Assembly: GCA_963781585.1 (NCBI GenBank)
Contig: CAWAGQ010000013.1
Location: 384,001-448,000, forward strand
DNA from: an uncultured Gemmatimonadaceae bacterium
GTDB taxonomy: Bacteria; Gemmatimonadota; Gemmatimonadetes; Gemmatimonadales; Gemmatimonadaceae
Length of the DNA: 64,000 nucleotides
Direction of reading: 5' to 3'
Both the position numbers and the translations under genes were made by a program. The notes under the pieces are model-generated. The model ran no database searches, was not told the DNA's origin, and was given only the letters and a program-made list of their open reading frames with translations. Shown here in pieces: positions 52,501-60,621 of this stretch; positions within the stretch are counted from its first letter, which is position 1; every line of letters starts with the position of its first letter.

Positions 52501-52719
52501 GACGTAGAACACGTTAGGCTTCTGGCGCACGCCAGTCGCCGCCTTGGTGCGCCCGCCGCGATCGGGGCCGATGTTCCGCCACGGCAGCTCGCGGAACAGG
52601 GTCGAATCGAACTGCTGCGCGGTGGCCCGGATCGGCGGCCACCCCGCCAGCAGGGCTATCAGCATCAGGCAGCGGCGGAACGACGCTGCTGCACGCGGAT
52701 CAACGCCGGGGGTGTGCAT
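49516..52719 (-). CDS. Secreted BNR/Asp-box (Vps10-like) putative glycosyl hydrolase
   Basis: Signal peptide, WRNIGPDRGGR, SxDxGxTW repeats, APGGDDYH, QPTAQMYHV, THGRGFWILDD. Confidence 0.92.
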   Translation of the reverse strand: MHTPGVDPRAAASFRRCLMLIALLAGWPPIRATAQQFDSTLFRELPWRNIGPDRGGRTKAATGVRQKPNVFYVAATDGGVWQTTDYGRTWSPIFDQAPTGSVGALAVAPSDPNIMYVGSGEGLQRPDLSTGDGIYKSTDAGRTWTHLGLRDGQQIPQILVDPRDPNRLFVAVLGHPYGPNAERGLFRSTDGGRSFQKVLYRDENTGAIDVAFAPDDPNTLYAALWESRQAPWENGVWQGEGTGLFKSTDGGSTWKPVMNGLPTPADGLGRIGIGVSPSDRNRLYLTVDAGARTGVYRSDDAGANWRKVGTDARVTTRESDFAEVKVDPRNPDIVWCLSIVVWRSTDGGATWSMVRGAPGGDDYHRLWINPDNPQILLIASDQGAIISVNGGESWSSWYNQPTAQMYHVATDNSWPYRVCSGQQESGSACVASRGNDGQLTFREWRPVGTEEYGYVAPDPLDPDIVYGGKVTRFDYRTGQTQDVSPKPFRDANYRALRTAPLLFSPVNPRKLYLGMNSVWETVNGGQSWRQISPDLTRTDSVVPPNVGKYATTASAMARHPGVVYTIAPSYLKERILWAGTDDGLIQVTFNGGATWKNVTPRQLVPWAKVSIMDASHFDTLGAYAAVNTIRLDDFRPHIYRTHDGGKTWTEIVAGIDSGATINVVREDPARRGLLYAGSETEVWVSFDDGDHWQSLRTNMPATSIRDLVIKDDDIVVGTHGRGFWILDDATPLRQLSAEVTARDAALFRPELATRVRFSMYTDTPLPPDEPRAPNPPDGVPIDYYLKNPATQLTLELLDPSGNLVRRYDKGVNPVPDPRSEGNWPDWWIRPWPDLRTEPGLHRFVWDLRYPRPRVETFSFPISAIPGRTVPEPLGPLVAPGRYTVRLTVDGHSHTQPLTVRMDPRVKTPALALQTAQILLMRVYDAINGSADALAAARALRAQLADREAKAPQLADATAGVRARIDAIDGGGSGRGRAGRGGATGGGGRAGRGVAANTANLVALRGDLTSIYGVLQDADRPPTAQLVAAANERLTSANARLADWRQIRGTDLPALNARLRAAGVSEIP

Positions 52720-52981
52720 TGCGAGGCCGAGTACGCGAGAGAGAGGGACGAGCGCCGGGACGACGGAAACAAATCACTATTCGAGGAGAACGCGATAGGA
52801 CTCGGAGGAAACTGGCGCGCTCCCGCATCCACCGGTATTTCCGACCGCCATCGCCGTCTCCGTGAACTGGCTTGCCGATCTGAACCGCAGAAGTGCCACG
52901 TTAGGCTCGATCCTGCCGAGGCTCGATGCCGCGGTGAACCCGCGGCCCCCGATGCCGCGCCATGATGACCCGCAGGCCGGG

Positions 52982-53512
52982 CTACGGGGCGTCGATCTCC
53001 AACGGCACCACCATCGTCCCCCACTGGAGCACCAACTCGGCGTGGTGCCCATCCACCACCGGAAAGTAGAAGGCCAGCGTCTCCACGTACTCACCGGTGC
53101 GCGGCGTGGCGCGCACCCGCAGCACATCCTCGCCGTACGGGTAGCGCATATGGAACACCGGCTGCCGCTTGTTGAAGATGACGGTCCACGAGTCCGGCTT
53201 CGGCTCGGTCCAGATGCTGTACTTTCCCGCCGGAAGCGTCTCGCCGTTGATCTTCACATCCGTCGACACGCTGATCGTGGTCGCGGAGTCGGCCCCCGGA
53301 GTCCAGATGCGCCCCCACCGCACCACGCCGGGGAAGAGGTCTCGCCCACGCGCCACCGGTCGAAAGTACTCGACTTCGATGCGGGTCCCGGCCACCTGCT
53401 GCGTGACCGATCCACGCTGGCTCAGTCGCGGTTCGCCGCCCTGGGCGCAGGCAACGGTCGACGCGAACGCCGCGTGCGCGACCACCAGGGCCGACAGCGC
53501 GATGCGCGTCAC
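52982..53512 (-). CDS. DUF2911-family secreted protein
   Basis: SQRGSVTQQVAGTRIEVEYFRP.ARGRDLF..VV.WG.IWTPGADSAT, LPAGKYSIWTEP; GTG start overlaps the upstream stop. Confidence 0.85.
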   Translation of the reverse strand: MTRIALSALVVAHAAFASTVACAQGGEPRLSQRGSVTQQVAGTRIEVEYFRPVARGRDLFPGVVRWGRIWTPGADSATTISVSTDVKINGETLPAGKYSIWTEPKPDSWTVIFNKRQPVFHMRYPYGEDVLRVRATPRTGEYVETLAFYFPVVDGHHAELVLQWGTMVVPLEIDAP

Positions 53513-53964
53513 GGCGATCGCCCCTGACACGTCACCTGCCACGCGCGCGTCCGGGCGCGTGACGGCTTCCGGTATCCATCGGCCACCATCGCCACTGCCG
53601 TGCCGAGCCTCTCGCGGCCACCGGCAAGGGTGCTGTCGAAGGTGAGTTTCACGCCGGCCGGCCACCACGGGGGATAGAGCACCACCATCATCCCCTTCCT
53701 CGTGGACTCGATCGTCATCGCGTTGCTCCGCGCCCCAACGGGATCCCCGTCGAAGATCGAGTCCCGCATGCGCTGCACTCTCCGCGCGGCCGAGGTCGCG
53801 TCACCGGCGTGTCCGGCCCCGGACCAGTCGAGGGGCGGATCCCATTCCCCGAAGGAGAATCGCCAGCACGCACTCGGCGTAGCCGCGGAGTCCAGTCGCG
53901 GGCGCTGCGCCATCAGCAGTGCAGGGATGAGGAGGGGCAGGAGCCACGCCCGGACACGTTGCAT
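53509..53964 (-). CDS. Secreted hypothetical protein
   Basis: Signal-like N-terminus, CWRFSFGEWDPPLDW, LYPPWWPAGV; fills the gap in a co-oriented run. Confidence 0.65.
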   Translation of the reverse strand: MQRVRAWLLPLLIPALLMAQRPRLDSAATPSACWRFSFGEWDPPLDWSGAGHAGDATSAARRVQRMRDSIFDGDPVGARSNAMTIESTRKGMMVVLYPPWWPAGVKLTFDSTLAGGRERLGTAVAMVADGYRKPSRARTRAWQVTCQGRSP

Positions 53965-54023
53965 GCCATCACGTTGAGGGGCGCCTTCTGTCCGCGCAAC
54001 GCCCTGTCGGTTGAGTGTGCGCC

Positions 54024-54584
54024 TCAGGCGTCCTTGCGCCGCACCGAGCTCCCGAGGAGTTCGAGCGTTCCGCTGACCCCGGCGCAGACGGCGGCCGCGG
54101 CGACGAGCGTGAAGCCGACCTCTCCGAAGCGCAGCCGGGCACCGGCCAGCACCGCCAGGGCGCGAGGGGCATTGGTGGCCAGCAGCAGGATCGCCGCGGT
54201 GGCCAGAATGCCGACCACCCACGTGATCGCGGCTCGTGTCATCGGTGATCGTGGAAGTCGCAGGACCTGGAGGAACAGGGCGGTCACGGCGACCCACAGG
54301 GCCACCGTCAGGGCGGGGTAGGCCAGGCGGAGGCGGGTCGCCGCATCTTCTCCGCCCGCGGCAACCGTGCAGAGCGCCTCGTCTCCCCCCTTCGGCCACC
54401 ACCGGCACGACACGGTGGCGTTCACGGGATCCACCGCCGCGATGCGCTCCATGCCGATCGGCGAAAGGCGAAACATCGCTGCGTCGGGAGTCACCGCCGT
54501 CCCCCAGCCTAACGTAGCTCCCCGCTGCAGGAAGAACGCCGCGAGGGCGATCAGCAGGGCGGCGATTGGACGCGCGAGCTTCAT
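54024..54584 (-). CDS. Hypothetical membrane protein
   Basis: Four hydrophobic segments with a loop containing a Cys pair (CRWWP..LC). Confidence 0.7.
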   Translation of the reverse strand: MKLARPIAALLIALAAFFLQRGATLGWGTAVTPDAAMFRLSPIGMERIAAVDPVNATVSCRWWPKGGDEALCTVAAGGEDAATRLRLAYPALTVALWVAVTALFLQVLRLPRSPMTRAAITWVVGILATAAILLLATNAPRALAVLAGARLRFGEVGFTLVAAAAVCAGVSGTLELLGSSVRRKDA

Positions 54585-54690
54585 GGCGACGTGATGGTGT
54601 GGGGGGTTCGGTCAGGAGTCGGCGAAACCTCGCCGACGGCGCGCCTTCACGGCAAGGCGAGCGCGCCCCGCCGGCCGCTCGCGGCCACCG

Positions 54691-56781
54691 TCAGGTCCCG
54701 GAAGCGGGGGCGTCGTCGAGGACGGTCCGCACGACGCGCGCCAGATCCTCCAGGGACCATGGTTTCTGCAGGACGGGCGCCGATCGCCCCTCGACGGCGC
54801 GCAGGTCGCGCTCCGAGTATCCGCTGGTCAACACAAACGGGACCATCACGCCCCGCGACCGCAGGGTCTCGAGCAACTCCACACCGCCCATCTTCGGCAT
54901 CACCGCGTCGGAGAAGACGAGTGCGATGCGCGCCGCATGCTCCAGGAACACGCGCAGTCCGTCCTCGCCATCCACCGCCGTGAGCACGGTGTATCCGAGA
55001 CGCCGCAGCGATCGCTCGGCCACGCTCCGGAGGAACGGTTCGTCTTCCACCACCAGGACGGTTTCGGTCCCTCCTCGTGGGGCCTGGCGGGGCGTCTGGG
55101 CTGCATGCGTCACCGCCCGGATCGGAAAGAACAGGCGGACGGTGGTCCCGTGTCCCGGCTGACTCGACAGGCTCAGGAAGCCTCTATGCTGCTGCATCAG
55201 ACCGAACACCATTGACAGACCGAGCCCGGTCCCCTCCCCGGCGGGCTTGGTGGTGAAGAACGGCTCCATCGCTCGCGCCAGCGTCCCCTCGTCCATGCCG
55301 GTACCGGTATCGATCACCGAGAGCGTCACGTATTCGCCAGGTGCACCGAGCGACGACTCGGGGTCGCCGGGCGAGACCCGGACCTGGTCGACGACGATGG
55401 TCACGGTTCCCCCGTCCGGCATGGCATCGCGCGCGTTGGTTGCGAGGTTGAACAGCATCTGCTCCACCGCGTCCGCGTCGGCCATGATCTGCGGCGTCTC
55501 GCGTCTCGACTCGGTCCGGATCTCGATGCTGGCGGGAATGAGCCGGCGCAGCGTGTCGGCCGCCTCGCTCACGATCTTGTCGATCCGCTCCGGCTGCGGA
55601 TTCACCTTCTCGTGCCTCGTGAAGGCGAGCAGCCGGCGGATCATCGCGCTGCCCCGGCGCACCGCCATCTCCATCTCGGTCAGATAGGTGCGCGACTCGT
55701 CGTTCCGGGTGCCGAGTTCGCTCTCCAGCAGTGAGGCGTTCGTCAACACGACGGTCAGCACGTTGTTCAGCTCGTGTGCGATCCCGCCGGCCAGGGTTCC
55801 CACCGCCTCGAGTTTCTGGGCCTGCTGCATCGCGCTCTGGGCCGCCCGGCGGACCGTGATGTCGCCGATGGAACCGAACATCCGCACCGCTTGGCCCGAC
55901 TCGTCAGGCAGGAACACGCCCTGGTCCTCGACCGTGACGTAGCTGCCGTCCTTCCGGGAAAAGCGGTATTCGGCGGCGAAGCTTCCGCACCGACGACGCG
56001 CATCCTCGAGCAGGGCGAGCGTCGTGGAGCGGTCCTCTTCGTGCACCATGGCGGTCCAGCGTGCCATGTCGAACGCCTGGAATTCCCCGGCGGGAAACCC
56101 GGTCACCCGCTCGATGGCGCCGAACCACTCGATGCGCCCGTTGGACACATCGTAGTCGTAAATGACCTTGCCCGTCTGCTCACTGGTGACCCGATATCGC
56201 GCCTCGCTTTCCCGCAGCGCCGCCTCCATCCGCAGGCGTTCGCCCAGCTCGCGTTCCTTGTCCGAAAGCGTGGACTGCAGTGCGCGCGACAGCATCTGCA
56301 GTTCGCCGACCTTGTCCTCGAGCTCGCGCACCAGCCGCTGGTTGTACGCCTTGAGAAAGACGCGCTCGTCGGGAACTGCGGGAGCGTCCCGATGAGTCGG
56401 CGTCTGGCGGGCGAGGCGCCGGCGCCCCAATGTCGTGATCGTGCTGAGCAGGACCTCGGGATCCACCGGTTGCTCCAGAAACCGGTCGGCTCCGAGCGCG
56501 AGGGCGCGCTCCTCGTCCGCCGGATCGGTGTGCGTCCCCGTCAACACCACGAAGGGGATGCGCTGCCACCTGGGATGCGCCTTGACCGCGCGGCAGAGCT
56601 CGAAGCCGTCCATCTGCGGCATCAGGACGTCGGAAATGACGACGTCGACCCGTTCGCGAGCCAGCATGTCGAGCGCCTCGACGCCGTTTGTTGCCCACAC
56701 CACCTCGAGCCCGCGCTCGGTGAGGAGCGTCTGGAGGTGGCGCCGGTGTTCCTGGTGGTCGTCGACGTGGAGGATTCGCAT
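54691..56781 (-). CDS. Hybrid REC-PAS-histidine kinase-REC protein
   Basis: DVLMPQMDG receiver, PAS (VHEEDR..AEYRF.RKDGSY), IAHELNN, NLATNARDAM, EPFFTTK, C-terminal receiver (VVEDE, DAVMPKMGG, KPW). Confidence 0.93.
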   Translation of the reverse strand: MRILHVDDHQEHRRHLQTLLTERGLEVVWATNGVEALDMLARERVDVVISDVLMPQMDGFELCRAVKAHPRWQRIPFVVLTGTHTDPADEERALALGADRFLEQPVDPEVLLSTITTLGRRRLARQTPTHRDAPAVPDERVFLKAYNQRLVRELEDKVGELQMLSRALQSTLSDKERELGERLRMEAALRESEARYRVTSEQTGKVIYDYDVSNGRIEWFGAIERVTGFPAGEFQAFDMARWTAMVHEEDRSTTLALLEDARRRCGSFAAEYRFSRKDGSYVTVEDQGVFLPDESGQAVRMFGSIGDITVRRAAQSAMQQAQKLEAVGTLAGGIAHELNNVLTVVLTNASLLESELGTRNDESRTYLTEMEMAVRRGSAMIRRLLAFTRHEKVNPQPERIDKIVSEAADTLRRLIPASIEIRTESRRETPQIMADADAVEQMLFNLATNARDAMPDGGTVTIVVDQVRVSPGDPESSLGAPGEYVTLSVIDTGTGMDEGTLARAMEPFFTTKPAGEGTGLGLSMVFGLMQQHRGFLSLSSQPGHGTTVRLFFPIRAVTHAAQTPRQAPRGGTETVLVVEDEPFLRSVAERSLRRLGYTVLTAVDGEDGLRVFLEHAARIALVFSDAVMPKMGGVELLETLRSRGVMVPFVLTSGYSERDLRAVEGRSAPVLQKPWSLEDLARVVRTVLDDAPASGT

Positions 56782-56879
56782 GGGCGGCGGGGACCGTTCG
56801 CGAGAGCCCGGTGGGCGCAGTCCGCTCACCAGTTATCGGCACCCGCGCCCGACAACTTGAGCCTGCCCCGGGCTGAGCG

Positions 56880-57332
56880 CTACGCGACCGTGCGCACGTT
56901 CACGCGAACGTCTTCGGTCGCGACCGCGACCGTGCCGTAGAGGGGTCAACGCCTCTTGAATCCCTCGACCAGTGCGGCCGCCTGGTCGTCGTCTGTGCCC
57001 GCAATCTCGAAATCGAGGCGGACCGAGTTGAAGAGCGTCACGTCCGTACGTGACTGCCGGGCACGGTCCAGTACGCCCTCCACGCGAACACTCGCCCGCG
57101 CCAGGGGAACGTTCGTATCGCGCGCGATCACCTGGAGCAGTTCGACCCCGCATGACGCCACCGCGGAGAGAAACACCTCCGGCGGCGTAAGCTCCTCACC
57201 CGGGCAGCCATTCTGCACCGGACCATCGACGATGAAGTGATGATCCCGCGCGCTGCACAGGACGCGGCCGAGGGTGTCGGTGGAGCTCGCGTGGACCAGA
57301 TACTCGCGAATGGTGGTCGCTGGCGCGTTCAT
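56880..57332 (-). CDS. OsmC/Ohr-family protein, predicted selenoprotein (UGA at 56948-56946 read as Sec129)
   Basis: TPPEVFLSAVASC61 first catalytic motif. Reading through TGA gives FKRR-U-PLYGTVAVATEDVRVNVRTVA-TAG, restoring the C-P motif and last helix/strand; hairpin follows the UGA. Confidence 0.85.
56915..56932 (-). promoter_or_regulatory. Candidate bacterial SECIS hairpin
   Basis: mRNA sense: UGA-CCCCUCUACGGCA-CGGUCGC-GGUC-GCGACCG; 7-bp stem, loop starting GGU, 20 nt after the UGA. Confidence 0.7.
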
Positions 57333-57366
57333 GTGACGTGACTCCGGGTTGTGGGCAGACATTGCA

Positions 57367-57864
57367 TCAGTCGAACTCCCGTCGCGGCGCTGATTGCTCT
57401 GGTCCCACTCGCCCCACAGCGATCTCCGCGCGGAAGTAGTTCTCGCCGCGCACCGGCACACCGGCCAGGCGGCGCAGCAGCGTGATCTGTCCCACATGCG
57501 TGAGGGCATCGGCGATCGGGCCCTGGAAGAGTGCCCCCGCCGGACACGCGAGCGCCTCAGCGGAGGCGAGAAACGCGTCCAGCGCCGAGAGCCCGACGAA
57601 CAACCGATCGACGCCGTCGCTCCACGGAAGTGGGTCGGAATCCTTCCACACCTGTTGGCCGCGTCCGAGCCAGATGGCCCAGTCCAGCAAGTCGCCGATG
57701 TGGGCGAGAATCTGACCAGGTGTCCGGGTGGACGGGCCGACCTGAAACGTGGCGAACGAATCCGGTGCGCCGCGTACCGCCTTGGCACCACGATACGCCA
57801 GGGTGGCGACGGTGTGGCGGAGTAGCCGCCGTGCGGCGTCGTCGCGCGCGTGGGCGTCGCTCAT
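57367..57864 (-). CDS. DinB-like four-helix-bundle protein
   Basis: LRHTVATLAYRG, RTPGQILAHIGDL, QGPIADALTHVGQI..LRR, VRGENYF. Confidence 0.8.
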   Translation of the reverse strand: MSDAHARDDAARRLLRHTVATLAYRGAKAVRGAPDSFATFQVGPSTRTPGQILAHIGDLLDWAIWLGRGQQVWKDSDPLPWSDGVDRLFVGLSALDAFLASAEALACPAGALFQGPIADALTHVGQITLLRRLAGVPVRGENYFRAEIAVGRVGPEQSAPRREFD

Positions 57865-57922
57865 CGGTCCCGCCCATCACGAGAATGATGGTGAATCCTG
57901 AACATGTCCGCGTCGTTGTCTT

Positions 57923-58507
57923 TCAGGCGGTAAGCGCCGGCGGGTGACCGGGCGATCCGGCACCCCGGCTCTGCACCGCGATCGCCGATTGTCCCATCGA
58001 ATCGATCCTCGATACCGCGAACACCAGGTGCTCATAGCCGTGGAACATCGTGGACCGTTCGGGAGCCATCCCGATTTTACGCGCCACGCCCTGCGACGGA
58101 AGATTCTCCGGACGAATCATCGAGATCACCCGATGCTTGTCGAGCTGTGCGAAGGCGAAGCCGCGCACCGCCAGAGCAGCCTCCGCGGCGTACCCACGCC
58201 TCCAGCAGGGTCGGTGGATCAACCAGCCGATCTCGGGCTCGCGCACCCCATCCACCGTCTGCATGGCGAGGCCCACGGCCCCCACCGGCGCCTGGTCGCC
58301 GGCCAGCGCCACCAGCCAGAGCCCGTGGCCGTCCACGGCATAACGACGGAGCTGGCGGTCCAGCCACTCCTGCGACTCGGCTCTGTCGTATTTCTTCGGA
58401 TAGAAGCGCATGACCTCCTCGTCGCCGAGCAGTGTGGCGACGAAGTCGAGGTCCCGGATGGTGAATTCCCGCAATATCAGGCGCGGGGTGGCGATGATCG
58501 TCTTCAC
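57923..58507 (-). CDS. GNAT-family N-acetyltransferase (RimJ/RimL-like)
   Basis: TPRLILREF, EIGW, WRRGYAAEAA, IRPENLPSQGVARKIGM. Confidence 0.92.
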   Translation of the reverse strand: MKTIIATPRLILREFTIRDLDFVATLLGDEEVMRFYPKKYDRAESQEWLDRQLRRYAVDGHGLWLVALAGDQAPVGAVGLAMQTVDGVREPEIGWLIHRPCWRRGYAAEAALAVRGFAFAQLDKHRVISMIRPENLPSQGVARKIGMAPERSTMFHGYEHLVFAVSRIDSMGQSAIAVQSRGAGSPGHPPALTA

Positions 58508-58565
58508 CTGTGCTCTCCGCTCCCTCCGACCAGCGGCACGGCCAGCATGCCCGGCAATCCGGGCC

Positions 58566-58668
58566 CCGCCATTGTACTCGCCGCGGAGCCGTCGCGGGAG
58601 GCGGGGACCACAGGACGGGGTCGCCGCCAGTGTACTGGCCGCGGAGCCGTCGCGACAGACGGGGAACC
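58566..58668. repeat. Two imperfect ~44-bp direct repeats, period 58 bp
   Basis: CCGCCA(T/G)TGTACT(C/G)GCCGCGGAGCCGTCGCG..AG.CGGGGA at 58566 and 58624. Confidence 0.8.
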
Positions 58669-58818
58669 GAAGGGCGGGATCGCACCATCGTCATGACCGG
58701 GAGGCAGTCATTCCGCTGGCGCGGCGCGTCGTCCGTGGGGAGCACCGCGGCGTCGCCTTGAAAAGCCTGCTCCCCCCGGCGAAGATGCGAGTACCTCCTT
58801 TCCCGGCAAAACGCAGGC

Positions 58819-60621
58819 GTGCGCCCAACCGACGTCAGCAATCCGAAGTATTACCACAAGGTCGTCGACTGCCAGTGGGCATGTCCGGCGCACACCAACG
58901 TCCCCGAGTACATCCGGCTCATCGCCCAGGGACGTTACACCGACGCGTACATGCTCAACCGGGAATCGAACGTCTTTCCGGGAATACTCGGGCGCACCTG
59001 TGATCGCCCGTGCGAGCCGGCCTGTCGGCGCGGGCGGGTGGACGGCAAGCCGGTGGCCATCTGTCGGCTGAAGCGGGTCGCCGCCGATCTGCGCGATGAG
59101 TTCCGGCATCTGTTGCCGCCGATCCCGCCGGACAGGAACGGGAAGCGCGTGGCCCTGGTCGGCGCGGGACCGGCGTCGCTGACGGTCGCCAACGATCTCA
59201 TGCCGTTAGGCTACGAGTGCGTCATCTTCGAAAAGCTGTCGCGCCCCGGCGGATTGATGCGCATCAACATCCCGTCGTTCCGGCTGCCGGCCGCGGTGCT
59301 GGATGAGGAGGTGGACGTCATCCTGACGATGGGCGTCGATATCCGGTATGACGCGCCGATCGCGAGCATGAGGGCGCTGCTCGACCAGGAGTTCGACGCG
59401 GTCTTTGTCGGAAGCGGGGCGCCGAAGGGGAAGGAACTCGAGGTCCCTGGCCGGCACGACACCGACCGGGTCCACATTGGTATCGAGTGGCTGGCCAGTG
59501 TCCATTTCGGACACGTCGACGCCATCGGCCAGCGGGTCCTGATCATCGGCGTGGGGAACACCGCCATGGATTGTTGCCGGACGTCGAAGCGGCTGGGGGC
59601 CACCGACGTGAAAGTCATGGCGCGGCGGACGCGCCAGTACTTCAAGGCGTCGCCGTGGGAGCTCGAGGATGCCGAGGAAGAGCAGGTGCAGATCATCGAG
59701 AACCACGCCCCGAAGCGCTTTCTGGTCGAGCAGGGCCGTCTGGTCGGGATGGAGTTCGAGCAGCTGCGCTGGACGCGCGCGGCCGACGGACGGCAGAAGA
59801 GCGAAGCGGTGGGCACGGTGACCATTCCCTGCGACGACGTCATCCTTGCCATCGGGCAGGAGAACGCCTTTCCGTGGATCGAACGCGATATCGGCGTGGA
59901 ATTCGACGAGCACGACATGCCGGTGGTGGATCGCATCACCTTCCAGAGTACGCGACCCGGTGTGTTCTTCGGCGGCGATGCGGCCTGGGGACCCGAGAAC
60001 ATCATCTGGGCGGTGGAGCATGGGCACCAGGCGGCCATCTCCATCCACAACCATTGTATGGGGATGCCGGTGGACGACCGCCCCGGGCAGGGGATGACCC
60101 TCGCGAGCGTGAAGCTCGGAATGCACGCCTGGCAGTACAGCAACGACTACAACCCGGCGCCGCGCCAGAAGATGATCCACGCCGACCTCGAGAAGCGGTT
60201 TGCGCGCCTGTCGGTGGAGGTCGAGCTGGGATTCACGCCGGAACAGGTGACGCGGGAGGTGGAGCGCTGCCTCAATTGCGACATCGAGACCGATTTCACC
60301 GCCGGGTTGTGCATCGAGTGCGACGCCTGCATCGACGTCTGCCCGGTCAACTGCCTGACGATTGCGCCGGATGGGGAGGAGGCCGATCTGCGCGCGCGTC
60401 TGTCGGCCCCGGCCGGGAATGTCGACCAGGACCTCTACGTGTCGGCGGCGCTGCCGCAGACCCGGCGGGTGATGGTGAAGGACGAGGACATCTGCCTGCA
60501 TTGCGGCCTCTGCGCCGAGCGCTGTCCGACCGCCGCGTGGGACATGAAGCAGTTCCAGCTGGTGCTGCCCTACGCAGGAAACGCCGCCGGCGGTCAGCTG
60601 ACGGTGCTTGGTCAACCCTGA
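58819..60621 (+). CDS. GltD-like FAD/NAD(P) oxidoreductase with C-terminal 2x[4Fe-4S] ferredoxin domain
   Basis: CQWACP, GRTCDRPCEPAC, GAGPASL, GVGNTAMDC, CLNC, CIECDACIDVCP, CLHCGLCAERCP. Confidence 0.93.
   Translation: MRPTDVSNPKYYHKVVDCQWACPAHTNVPEYIRLIAQGRYTDAYMLNRESNVFPGILGRTCDRPCEPACRRGRVDGKPVAICRLKRVAADLRDEFRHLLPPIPPDRNGKRVALVGAGPASLTVANDLMPLGYECVIFEKLSRPGGLMRINIPSFRLPAAVLDEEVDVILTMGVDIRYDAPIASMRALLDQEFDAVFVGSGAPKGKELEVPGRHDTDRVHIGIEWLASVHFGHVDAIGQRVLIIGVGNTAMDCCRTSKRLGATDVKVMARRTRQYFKASPWELEDAEEEQVQIIENHAPKRFLVEQGRLVGMEFEQLRWTRAADGRQKSEAVGTVTIPCDDVILAIGQENAFPWIERDIGVEFDEHDMPVVDRITFQSTRPGVFFGGDAAWGPENIIWAVEHGHQAAISIHNHCMGMPVDDRPGQGMTLASVKLGMHAWQYSNDYNPAPRQKMIHADLEKRFARLSVEVELGFTPEQVTREVERCLNCDIETDFTAGLCIECDACIDVCPVNCLTIAPDGEEADLRARLSAPAGNVDQDLYVSAALPQTRRVMVKDEDICLHCGLCAERCPTAAWDMKQFQLVLPYAGNAAGGQLTVLGQP

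Noticed and set aside
52777..52980. Small ORF or ncRNA between the hydrolase and the DUF2911 gene
   Set aside because: An open minus frame exists but has no convincing start, RBS or motif, and I recognise no RNA structure.
56946..57791. 281-aa ORF as a single protein
   Set aside because: Its 5' half overlaps the DinB-like gene in another frame; the OsmC domain starts at 57332 (or 57362) and continues past the TGA.
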